Shown: piece by piece, positions 56,239-64,000 of the stretch
How positions within the stretch are numbered: the first letter of the stretch is position 1
How the letters are laid out: each line of letters begins with the position of its first letter
The notes under the pieces: model-generated
Seen by the model: the letters and a program-made list of their open reading frames with translations, nothing else
The model's database searches: none
Told to the model about the DNA's origin: nothing
Program-made: the position numbers and the translations under genes
Assembly (NCBI GenBank): GCA_041746255.1
Contig: JBGTHM010000032.1
Span: forward strand, 61,614-125,613
Reading direction: 5' to 3'
Origin: Fibrobacteria bacterium
Lineage (GTDB): Bacteria; Fibrobacterota; Fibrobacteria; UBA11236
Length of the DNA stretch: 64,000 nt

Positions 56239-58968
56239 CTACATCCGGAACGACAGCCCGAGAAAAAGGATTGGAATCGGGTAATTCAATTCCAGAAATC
56301 GAAACCGTCCGGACTGTGCGTCCCGTAAAAACATATTGGGACTATTATAAGCGTTCCAAATCTCGGCATAGCTTTGGAACGGGTAGCCGAATAAGGTTGA
56401 ATTTTTGGTGACCCGTATATCAAATCGATTAGTGGCCGCATAACGCCCGGAGTTGCGTGGCGCGACATAAACGAGGGTATCGGAAAACCGATCCGCTGCA
56501 TTATAGAATCCGGCGATACTACCCCCGTATGGCGTGTAGGGTTGGCCCGCGGATAATTTGTAGCGCAAGGAAAGCTCATATTGGCTAGGCATCTTGAAAT
56601 AATTAACCCAATTCAGCGTCCAGTTTCGGTGGTAGCGATAACTGTACCAGCGCTGACCGGGCTGGTCCTGCCTGAGTGAGTTGGCCATCTCCATCGACAT
56701 CCATCCCCCCCAGGTAACGGCCGGATCGTAGAATAAGGAAAATTCCATTCCTACGGCGCGTCCTTTTCCGATATTGCGGTAGCGGAATTCCTTGTCGCCA
56801 TACCATCGCAGCAGCTCCATTTTTGCCACAGTGTTCAGCGTGTCGAATCGCGCGCTGTCCATGCCTGGAATTCCAGAGGCAAGCCAATCCACCTTTCCGG
56901 TGAGCTCCAACGAAGGGGACACCAAATCGTAATAGACCTTATAATAATTTTGCCATTCAAAGCGATAATTTCCGGAAAACCGGTGAGTCCATTCGATGTT
57001 ACCATGCCAGGCTTTTTCGGATTTGAGGCGGGGATTTTGATTCCGCATTTGAAAGGGAAGATCGTTTTGAGAGTATAATCCCGAGGCTAATGTGATCTCA
57101 TCCGATGCGCCGAGTTTTTGGAAAAGAGCCACACGAGGACTGGGGAAAATTTCCTCGGATCCGCTTTCCCATTCGCCACGAACTCCATAGGTCAGGCGTC
57201 GGTTGGGACTCAAATCCCAAACGTCGGATGCAAAAAGTGAAAGGTAATGCAAGGTTGAAGTCCCTTTATGGTCGAACCGAATTCTGTAGGGAAGGTCGGA
57301 AAGAAAGGATCCCGTGGTGTTAAGGAAAGAGTCGGATTGGGTGATTACGAATCCATCCGGTTCCCCATATCCGAGGCTATTCAGCAAATCAACGTTGGAG
57401 TTCACTAAAATTTCATAGATAGGGCGAGGCAAATGCGTATCGAATTTCTGGCTCCATCGATCGTATGCGGCGCCAAATGTAAACAAGTGTCCATCCAGGC
57501 CGGAGTACCCTAATTTGATTTGGCTGTTGTAAACTTCGCGATCCAAGCCAAATCGGTAGCTACCCGATCCATAGGTGCGTCTACCTTGGTAGACGCCTGC
57601 GATATCGACCGTGTCATGCAGCCAAATTTCTTCATCCAAAAAAAGCACGTTCCAATTCTGATTCTGTCTCGCCAAATATCCTTCCAGACGCAAGCCGTTT
57701 TCTTGCCGCCAGGTAAAACCCATGATGTGAGCATCGTTGTCTACATTGGTCAATGCGATAGTGTCGGGCATATCCCGCTTTACTCGTCCGTTCGTCAACT
57801 CGGGAGAAAAAAAGGTGCGTTCATAATGACCAGGGGAAATTTCTCGTCCATGGAGATAATAGCGCCGCCTGTTCTGCATGGTCGTGAATACGTCGCGGGA
57901 TAACAGCCCCGTATACCCGAGAGTCAAGCTGGGGTGCGGATTCCAATCGGTTCCGAATTGAAAATCCTTGAAATTCGGAAGTTCGATATACCTCTGAAAG
58001 GCTTGTTTTTGGGCCGTGAAACCGCTATCGTCAGCCGCCCACGCTAATACATCCCAACCCCGGTTTATGACCTGATCATACCAGAAGGAGTGAAAGGAAG
58101 CGTAAACTCCCAATTTGTTCTCGATAATCGGAGTTGCGAAATAGGCGTTACCCCGTAACAGCGATAGGTCTAGTGCCAGCGACGTGGAATCCATGGGAAC
58201 TCGCCGGGTCCTTAGGAAAAGCGCGCCGGATAAGGCATTTCCCCCTTCCACGGGAAAGGAGCCGCTATAAAAATCCAGGTCTTCAAGGGATTCGGAATTG
58301 AATATCGAATAGACGCTTCCAATATGATAGGGTTGTAATAAGGGGATTCCGTTCAGGAACACCCGAGTCTCTTCCGACTTGCCGCCTCGCACAAAAGGCC
58401 TGACGCTCATGTCGCTTTGATTGGAAACTCCGGGAAGCATGCCTATGGCCTTTAGGGGATCGTTTTGGGTGGCGACGACTCGCTGAAGGTCTCGTCGCTG
58501 GAGGCGGTGGCGGCTGGCTTCTTTGCGTAAGTGCAAAGATTTTCCCCGCGAAATCACGACCAATCCGGAGGAGTCGAGGCGTTCGGTTGCGCCGGAAGAC
58601 GTTGTCTGCCATGTGATCACGCGAAGTATGCTGTCTTGGGCGAAAACTATGCTGTCCAATAGCAAAATTTCATCATCTGCCGACCAAAGCTCCAGACTAT
58701 CCGGTACCTGAGGTGGAAGGAAAAGTCGGCCCAAACTATCGGTGTATAGGGTTTCAGCAAAGGTCGGAGAAATGACGGGAAGTGCGGCCACGGCCAGATT
58801 CGTATTCGAATCCAGGACACGCAAGATTCTAGGCAGCGGAAAAGAATCATTCTCACCCGGTTGGGCTAAAATTTCGGTCTCAGTCGTGGCGGGTGATAGG
58901 GTCGAAGGGAGTTCCTGCGACCAAAGAAAGGCAAGGCCCATAACCATGATACCGGCGCAGAATTTCAA
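56239..58968 (-). CDS. TonB-dependent receptor
   Basis: Plug motif DPLKAI.MLPGV....VRGG...T.VFLNGIP..QPYH....SIFN; barrel SPR, L.SEKA, GMEF, RFDIRV; TTG 58968 overlaps upstream stop. Confidence 0.85.
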   Translation of the reverse strand: MKFCAGIMVMGLAFLWSQELPSTLSPATTETEILAQPGENDSFPLPRILRVLDSNTNLAVAALPVISPTFAETLYTDSLGRLFLPPQVPDSLELWSADDEILLLDSIVFAQDSILRVITWQTTSSGATERLDSSGLVVISRGKSLHLRKEASRHRLQRRDLQRVVATQNDPLKAIGMLPGVSNQSDMSVRPFVRGGKSEETRVFLNGIPLLQPYHIGSVYSIFNSESLEDLDFYSGSFPVEGGNALSGALFLRTRRVPMDSTSLALDLSLLRGNAYFATPIIENKLGVYASFHSFWYDQVINRGWDVLAWAADDSGFTAQKQAFQRYIELPNFKDFQFGTDWNPHPSLTLGYTGLLSRDVFTTMQNRRRYYLHGREISPGHYERTFFSPELTNGRVKRDMPDTIALTNVDNDAHIMGFTWRQENGLRLEGYLARQNQNWNVLFLDEEIWLHDTVDIAGVYQGRRTYGSGSYRFGLDREVYNSQIKLGYSGLDGHLFTFGAAYDRWSQKFDTHLPRPIYEILVNSNVDLLNSLGYGEPDGFVITQSDSFLNTTGSFLSDLPYRIRFDHKGTSTLHYLSLFASDVWDLSPNRRLTYGVRGEWESGSEEIFPSPRVALFQKLGASDEITLASGLYSQNDLPFQMRNQNPRLKSEKAWHGNIEWTHRFSGNYRFEWQNYYKVYYDLVSPSLELTGKVDWLASGIPGMDSARFDTLNTVAKMELLRWYGDKEFRYRNIGKGRAVGMEFSLFYDPAVTWGGWMSMEMANSLRQDQPGQRWYSYRYHRNWTLNWVNYFKMPSQYELSLRYKLSAGQPYTPYGGSIAGFYNAADRFSDTLVYVAPRNSGRYAATNRFDIRVTKNSTLFGYPFQSYAEIWNAYNSPNMFLRDAQSGRFRFLELNYPIPILFLGLSFRM

Positions 58969-59792
58969 TTGAATTTCCAACCAAAAGTCCAATTAACATT
59001 CCATTCCAATATACCGGACTCGCTTACCTTTAACTTTTCCTCGGTAGCGGGCACACCTGGCCAGGTAAAAGTTACCTGCGGGGAGAAATAATCGGGAATT
59101 ACTGGAATATTCGGAAGGTCCCACATTACGCCCAATGACCCTTGGTTAATCCAGCGGCGCTTGTGAATGAAGCGCAAGTCTTCGTTTATCCTCATAATGT
59201 CGAAGGGTTGTGTTGCCAACCAGGTGGCTTTCAGGTTACCGTAGAGGCCAAAACTTCCCCAGAAGCGGGAAGCCCCGTATTCCATAAACCAGGAGTTGTC
59301 CGCCCACATACCGATTATCCATCCTGCGGACACGGAGTGGGCTGATGCCCATCCGGGAAAAGGCGTTAACCCCAGCTTTATATCAAACGCGACTAGGGGA
59401 GGGTAGTGAAGCGGTACTTCGTGATGGTAGCCTATTTCAACTCCCGAGAAAGGCCCCCATTTCCCTCGAACACCCAAACGATAGTCAAATCCTATTTTCG
59501 GGTAGAAGCGAGTGAGTATATTGGCGGGAACGGTATCGATTTGGGAGCTGGACCATTGGAGGCAGACAGGGGAGCCGTCCTCTAGGACCTCGTAGCCCCA
59601 GTAACCTTGGCCTTGAGGACATTTAACCTCATATGCATAAGAGCTTCCATAGGTAAGACCGACAGCTGTCTTTCCGGGCTCAAGAATCCTACCGGTATTA
59701 AAATGGTGGGTGGAATAGAGGCAGCCCGAAAAAAAGAACGCAGAGCATCCCAGCATATAAATAAGAGCGGTAGATTTTAGGGCCGGGTTCAT
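58965..59792 (-). CDS. Hypothetical lipoprotein
   Basis: Lipobox FFSGC; beta-rich; coupled to the receptor gene. Confidence 0.7.
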   Translation of the reverse strand: MNPALKSTALIYMLGCSAFFFSGCLYSTHHFNTGRILEPGKTAVGLTYGSSYAYEVKCPQGQGYWGYEVLEDGSPVCLQWSSSQIDTVPANILTRFYPKIGFDYRLGVRGKWGPFSGVEIGYHHEVPLHYPPLVAFDIKLGLTPFPGWASAHSVSAGWIIGMWADNSWFMEYGASRFWGSFGLYGNLKATWLATQPFDIMRINEDLRFIHKRRWINQGSLGVMWDLPNIPVIPDYFSPQVTFTWPGVPATEEKLKVSESGILEWNVNWTFGWKFN

Positions 59793-59935
59793 CGGGAAAC
59801 GAAAATTAGTTATGTTTTGTTAGCGTAACCAGTAAATTTTTCAAAAAATTATTTCCGAAATTTTTTGTAATCCCAGGTTTTTGGGTGACCCTAAGTTACC
59901 CTGCATTTGAGAATGCAAAATAACTGGAGGCCGGC

Positions 59936-61423
59936 ATGGGTATTTTAGAAAAAGCCAATGAGGCGATTGTAACCTTAAAACATACCTTGGGTGTGCCGCC
60001 GCTTTTTTTGTTAACTGCGCTATTACTGGGTTGCCTCGATACCAAAGTATGTGGTACATGCGAAGATTTTGACGAATTTGACCGTTTTGAGAGAGTCGCT
60101 TTTTCGGATATTTCGTATCCCACCCTAACCTTCGATAAAAATGGGGCGCCCTTGATTCTCGCTAATGTTAGGTTGATTTATTCGCGGCCTGATTCGGATG
60201 AGTTCCCCGGGCAAAGCATCTCTCGCAGGGATACCAGTGCCGTCAATTCGACAACTTTATTGTTTCAGCGTGAGGTCGCCGGCTGGAAGAACTCGGCATT
60301 TCGTAATCTACACTATGTGGGCCGCTCCGATTATTACGGCCCTTACGGAATAAGCGAACCCTCTGGGTTTTTTATTCAAGATTCGGAGGGGCAATTGTAC
60401 AGCGGAATCCGGGATCGGAATAGGGTGGTTATTTACTCGCAACAGACGGCCTCAGGCAAGTGGGAAAAAGAGACGGTACTCCAAAATGGAGGTTTTATCT
60501 CCGGATGGGAATATGCTATGGTGGGTGCATTTCCTGGCGGGGATATGATTTTAGTTAATAAACCGTCATCAAACCTGATTTCAATTCATAAGGAAAATTG
60601 GCCTTCGCGTTTTCTTGATACCTCGTACAGATATGCTAATAATCTCCTCGATATAGGAGCGACTCGCAATGAAGCCTTTGTCGTGGCAGAGCAGTATGAT
60701 TATAATTCTCACTTGGAGGAGTCCAATTCATCCAACTCGTTACTGATTTTGTATCGAGTTGACGCAAATTCTTTCCGCAAGGATACCTTGGATGCTTTTG
60801 GAAATTCTTTCATTAATTCTTGTAACATTAAAAATCATAAAGAATTCGTTTCACTACTTTGTCGAACCAACGATTCGTCCTATGTTTATGAAATTGGTTT
60901 GTCGGGAGTGAAGCGGATATCCCAATGGGCTAGGCTTAATGAAGGTGTTTTCTTCGATAAAAACACGGATAAGCAATTTTCCGGGTCGACAAAGCTAACT
61001 TCAACCCAATCCTGTATTTCCCAAATCGATGGTTGTGACTATTGCCTGCAAATTTATTCCGAAGATTTGAGTACGGTAAAAATTCAACAATTCAATACCT
61101 GTCGGGTGAGCGAAAATGGTTCCTATTCTCTTCCACTCTCGCTTACATCCAAGGCCGACCAACTTAATATTCTCAAGTTGACCCTTGACCCGGAAAAGCA
61201 GCCGGCGCTTCTGCTAAGTATTCGCAAGAATCCTTATTTTTCCGGTACAGACAGCCTATCCACCAACTCCTTAAATTTCCAGAATCCAGTAAACGACCCG
61301 GCAAATGACTCCCGCCTTTACCTGGTGAGGCGTATCGGGGGAACATGGACTCAAGAAGAGCTGGTCCTGAAGGTAAATCCTTTCGCTACTGGAGCGCCTG
61401 GCCCCGCAAATTATTTAGAGTAA
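59936..61423 (+). CDS. Hypothetical lipoprotein, possibly beta-propeller
   Basis: GGAGG SD; lipobox LLLGC; beta-rich with W..E.V/L repeats; visibly AT-richer than flanks. Confidence 0.65.
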   Translation: MGILEKANEAIVTLKHTLGVPPLFLLTALLLGCLDTKVCGTCEDFDEFDRFERVAFSDISYPTLTFDKNGAPLILANVRLIYSRPDSDEFPGQSISRRDTSAVNSTTLLFQREVAGWKNSAFRNLHYVGRSDYYGPYGISEPSGFFIQDSEGQLYSGIRDRNRVVIYSQQTASGKWEKETVLQNGGFISGWEYAMVGAFPGGDMILVNKPSSNLISIHKENWPSRFLDTSYRYANNLLDIGATRNEAFVVAEQYDYNSHLEESNSSNSLLILYRVDANSFRKDTLDAFGNSFINSCNIKNHKEFVSLLCRTNDSSYVYEIGLSGVKRISQWARLNEGVFFDKNTDKQFSGSTKLTSTQSCISQIDGCDYCLQIYSEDLSTVKIQQFNTCRVSENGSYSLPLSLTSKADQLNILKLTLDPEKQPALLLSIRKNPYFSGTDSLSTNSLNFQNPVNDPANDSRLYLVRRIGGTWTQEELVLKVNPFATGAPGPANYLE

Positions 61424-61486
61424 TTGTTAATATCCCATTTCGATGCTTGGAAATTACCCGCCGAATTTAAACAAGGAATTTTGAAT

Positions 61487-62134
61487 ATGATGGATCTGGT
61501 AACGACTCTGGCGCCTATGCTGCTTTTCTTAGAAGGGGTAATTCTGGTCCTGTTACTCATCCTGGGGGTGGCCATTGTGGCTATTTTTTCATGGCGTCTG
61601 TTGCATTGCCGCAAACAAGTCGGTGATGCCGGAAAGTGGATGAAAATCCTTTCCAAGGACATCGCGGACCCAGGCACCTCACTTGCGGGTGTGGTTGAAG
61701 ATGAATTCGCCAACGTCCCGGGGCGACTGGCGAAAACCATGCTAAGCAATCCCGGATTGGCTCCGGAAGCCTTGCAACAGGTACTTGAGGTGCAGCTATC
61801 AGCAGAAAAACGTGAGTTGGAAAAAGGTTTGGCCTTCCTTGGTACGGTAGGCGCCAATGCGCCTTTTATCGGGTTAACCGGAACCGTTTTAGGTATTCTC
61901 ACTGCCTTTGACAGTTTTGCCGCAAGTGGAGGAAGCGGCAGTAGCGAAGTTATGTCGGCAATTTCACGCTCCCTGGTGGCTACTGCTGCAGGCCTCATGG
62001 TGGCGATTCCTGCCGTTATCTTCCATAACATCCTTCGCAGCCGGGTACGAAGCATTCTGGAAAAGTCCAAGGAGGTGGGTGGGATGGTGATGGCCCGCAG
62101 TTTGCAAGCGTGGGCTGTCGGGGCGGAGTCCTAA
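61487..62134 (+). CDS. exbB: ExbB/TolQ/MotA proton channel
   Basis: LAFLGTVGANAPFIGLTGTVLGI, ISRSLVATAAGL.VAIPA. Confidence 0.9.
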   Translation: MMDLVTTLAPMLLFLEGVILVLLLILGVAIVAIFSWRLLHCRKQVGDAGKWMKILSKDIADPGTSLAGVVEDEFANVPGRLAKTMLSNPGLAPEALQQVLEVQLSAEKRELEKGLAFLGTVGANAPFIGLTGTVLGILTAFDSFAASGGSGSSEVMSAISRSLVATAAGLMVAIPAVIFHNILRSRVRSILEKSKEVGGMVMARSLQAWAVGAES

Positions 62135-62135
62135 C

Positions 62136-62558
62136 TTGGCTATCGGGGCGGCGGACGAAGAAGATGGGATGATATCTGCTATTAATATCACTCCCTTGGT
62201 GGACATATTTCTGGTATTGCTTATCATCTTCATGATTACCAGTTCGGTGCAGAATCGTGCGGAGATCCCCCTTAATCTACCCACCTCCGCAAAAGCCGGA
62301 GATGCCGCTCCCAATGCCTCGGGATTGGTGTTAGACAAGGATAAACAAATGTTTCTCGACGGATTGCCCTGTGCTTCGGCTGAAGCCGTACAATTGTTGG
62401 GTCGAGCCGTGGCAAAGGACAGTTTACACCAGGTGCTGATAGCGGCTGACCAGGATTTGCGCTATCGGGACGTGGTGGCGCTATTGGATTTGGTTCGCGA
62501 AGCGGGTGTGCGGAAATATGCCCTCAAAGTGATTCGGGGCGCGCGGAGTGGAACCTGA
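62136..62558 (+). CDS. exbD: ExbD/TolR biopolymer transport protein
   Basis: INITPLVDIFLVLLIIFMI, IAAD..L.Y..VV. Confidence 0.92.
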   Translation: MAIGAADEEDGMISAINITPLVDIFLVLLIIFMITSSVQNRAEIPLNLPTSAKAGDAAPNASGLVLDKDKQMFLDGLPCASAEAVQLLGRAVAKDSLHQVLIAADQDLRYRDVVALLDLVREAGVRKYALKVIRGARSGT

Positions 62559-62563
62559 AGGGA

Positions 62564-63304
62564 ATGCGTAAGCGAAAACAGTCCCGGCTGAAGCCTGGGA
62601 TACACGATAACACCCCTCGGGATTTGCATTTATTTTTCCCTGAAAGCCGAAGCCTGGGGGTTCTACCCAGTCTCGCTGCATTCGTCCTACTGGCGGGGAT
62701 TGCGGCTGCTGTTTGGCAAATATCCCAGTTAAAATTTCCTACCAGGGAGCTTTTCGAAGCTGTGGATTTGGTTATAGAAGAAGCTCCGCCGCCGCCTCCC
62801 CCTCCGGAGGTGGTTCAGGAGCCCCCCAAGCCTCCGCCGCCCCCTCCACCGGATCCCGATGCGGTACCTCCGCCGTCCAAACCGGAAGAACAGCCTCCAA
62901 CTCCACAATTTGGTCTTCCGGAAGAAGCCATGGCAAACCATGGGGATATGGAAGTGGCTACCGGAAACACTTTACGTGCCGCACCGGATACAATCGTAGG
63001 CCCCGCACCGGGGGCTTTACCGCCTGCTCCGGAGCGATTGGATGAGGCTCCGCAATTCTTAAGGCAAGTGGTGCCGGAATATCCGGAGTGGGCGTTACGC
63101 GATGGTAGGGAAGCCACGGTAGTGGTGGAAGTGGTAATCGGTGCGGATGGGAGAGCCCAATCCGCAACTATTCGGAAATCGGGTGGAGGCGAATTCGATC
63201 GCAGCGCCCTCAAAGCGGCCCAGGCTAGTCGGTTCAAACCCTTTTTCAAAGAAGGTCGACCGGTTCCCTGCATCGCTCCGGTTACCTATTATTTTAGACT
63301 GTAA
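62564..63304 (+). CDS. tonB: TonB energy transducer
   Basis: TM, poly-Pro linker, PEYPEWA...GREATV, FDRSAL.A, FKP. Confidence 0.9.
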   Translation: MRKRKQSRLKPGIHDNTPRDLHLFFPESRSLGVLPSLAAFVLLAGIAAAVWQISQLKFPTRELFEAVDLVIEEAPPPPPPPEVVQEPPKPPPPPPPDPDAVPPPSKPEEQPPTPQFGLPEEAMANHGDMEVATGNTLRAAPDTIVGPAPGALPPAPERLDEAPQFLRQVVPEYPEWALRDGREATVVVEVVIGADGRAQSATIRKSGGGEFDRSALKAAQASRFKPFFKEGRPVPCIAPVTYYFRL

Positions 63305-63368
63305 CCCCTGGGTACTTTGGGTTGGTGAGAATCGGAAACTGGCCACTAAATACTTTGAAAAAGCCTGT

Positions 63369-64000
63369 TCAGGGGTTGGAGGCCGGCTGAATGGCACCCG
63401 GATTTGCTCCCTCTCGGTTTTGTGCCAGTTCATCCGCAAATACTTCTTCGAACATTTGCCAAATACTGATGAAAATGGCGGCGATAACGGGGCCGATGAC
63501 GAAGCCAGCTAAGCCGAAAAGGGTTAAGCCTCCGATGGTGCTTAGCAGAACCAACAGATCATGCATTTTGATGTCTTTCCCCACCATGACCGGCCTAAGC
63601 ACATTGTCGACGCTGGAAATAATCACCGCGCCTACCGCGATGACCACTATGCCCGAAATGATTTGGCCTTTTAGCATCAATACTCCCGCTACGGGAAGCC
63701 AAACCAATCCGCTGCCAACGGCGGGAAGGATACTGAATACAAAGATAAGAACGCCCAATAAAATGGGTGAGCCCACGCCTACTATTAAAAAGAGCAGGGC
63801 GCCGATGAATCCTTGGATGAGGCCGATGACCAGCACCCCTTTAAGGGTTCCCTTGCTTACCGAGAGAAAACGATCGATAAGTATATGTTCATACTGGTCC
63901 TTGAGGGGAGACCATTTGATGAGGCGCTGTACGATGCGAGGGCCGTCCACGTAGAAGTAAAACATCATGAAAAGCATGAGAAAGAATTTAAGGATTTGGT
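63369..64000 (-). CDS. AI-2E family transporter, 5' end beyond window
   Basis: FYFYVDG, LPAVGSGLVWLP, DNVLRP, GG..LFG..GFVIGP. Confidence 0.9.
   Translation of the reverse strand, partial: QILKFFLMLFMMFYFYVDGPRIVQRLIKWSPLKDQYEHILIDRFLSVSKGTLKGVLVIGLIQGFIGALLFLIVGVGSPILLGVLIFVFSILPAVGSGLVWLPVAGVLMLKGQIISGIVVIAVGAVIISSVDNVLRPVMVGKDIKMHDLLVLLSTIGGLTLFGLAGFVIGPVIAAIFISIWQMFEEVFADELAQNREGANPGAIQPASNP

Noticed and set aside
59860..59935. Fur box in the TonB locus spacer
   Set aside because: TGAGAAT half-site has no matching second half

Overview
Gene-dense (roughly 55-58% GC by eye) chromosomal segment of a Gram-negative bacterium, most consistent with the FCB superphylum, probably Fibrobacterota (inference from PorV- and PorT-like barrels, a T9SS-type C-terminal sorting domain, a short primary-type sigma-70 and flagellar genes). 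About 63 CDS: larC (partial), a sigma-70 factor, xth, a pterin/queuosine cluster (queE-queD-dusA converging on HAD-NUDIX-folB-folM-like; queG further on), a divergent STAS pair with PEGA, degenerate-M23 and Minf_1886-like genes, glycosyltransferases, a PAS-GGDEF protein, ddl-tsaB-rimI-ppi, a GH2-like protein, pilD, P-II, a sigma-54-preceded flgBC-fliEFGHIJ operon ending in a 1524-aa secreted protein, secA-tmk-ctpA, and a TonB-dependent receptor/lipoprotein/exbB-exbD-tonB locus. No rRNA, tRNA, CRISPR array or mobile element was seen. Best candidates for undescribed biology: (1) a HAD-NUDIX fusion coupled to folB that could supply both dephosphorylation steps of the folate pterin branch; (2) a transmembrane STAS-PEGA locus whose large gene appears to start at a non-canonical ATC codon; (3) a T9SS-type cargo protein translationally coupled to fliJ; (4) a GH2 lacking the canonical nucleophile; (5) an unannotated 59-aa gene and a pattern of apparently leaderless genes. 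All family calls come from motif recognition by eye, not database searches.
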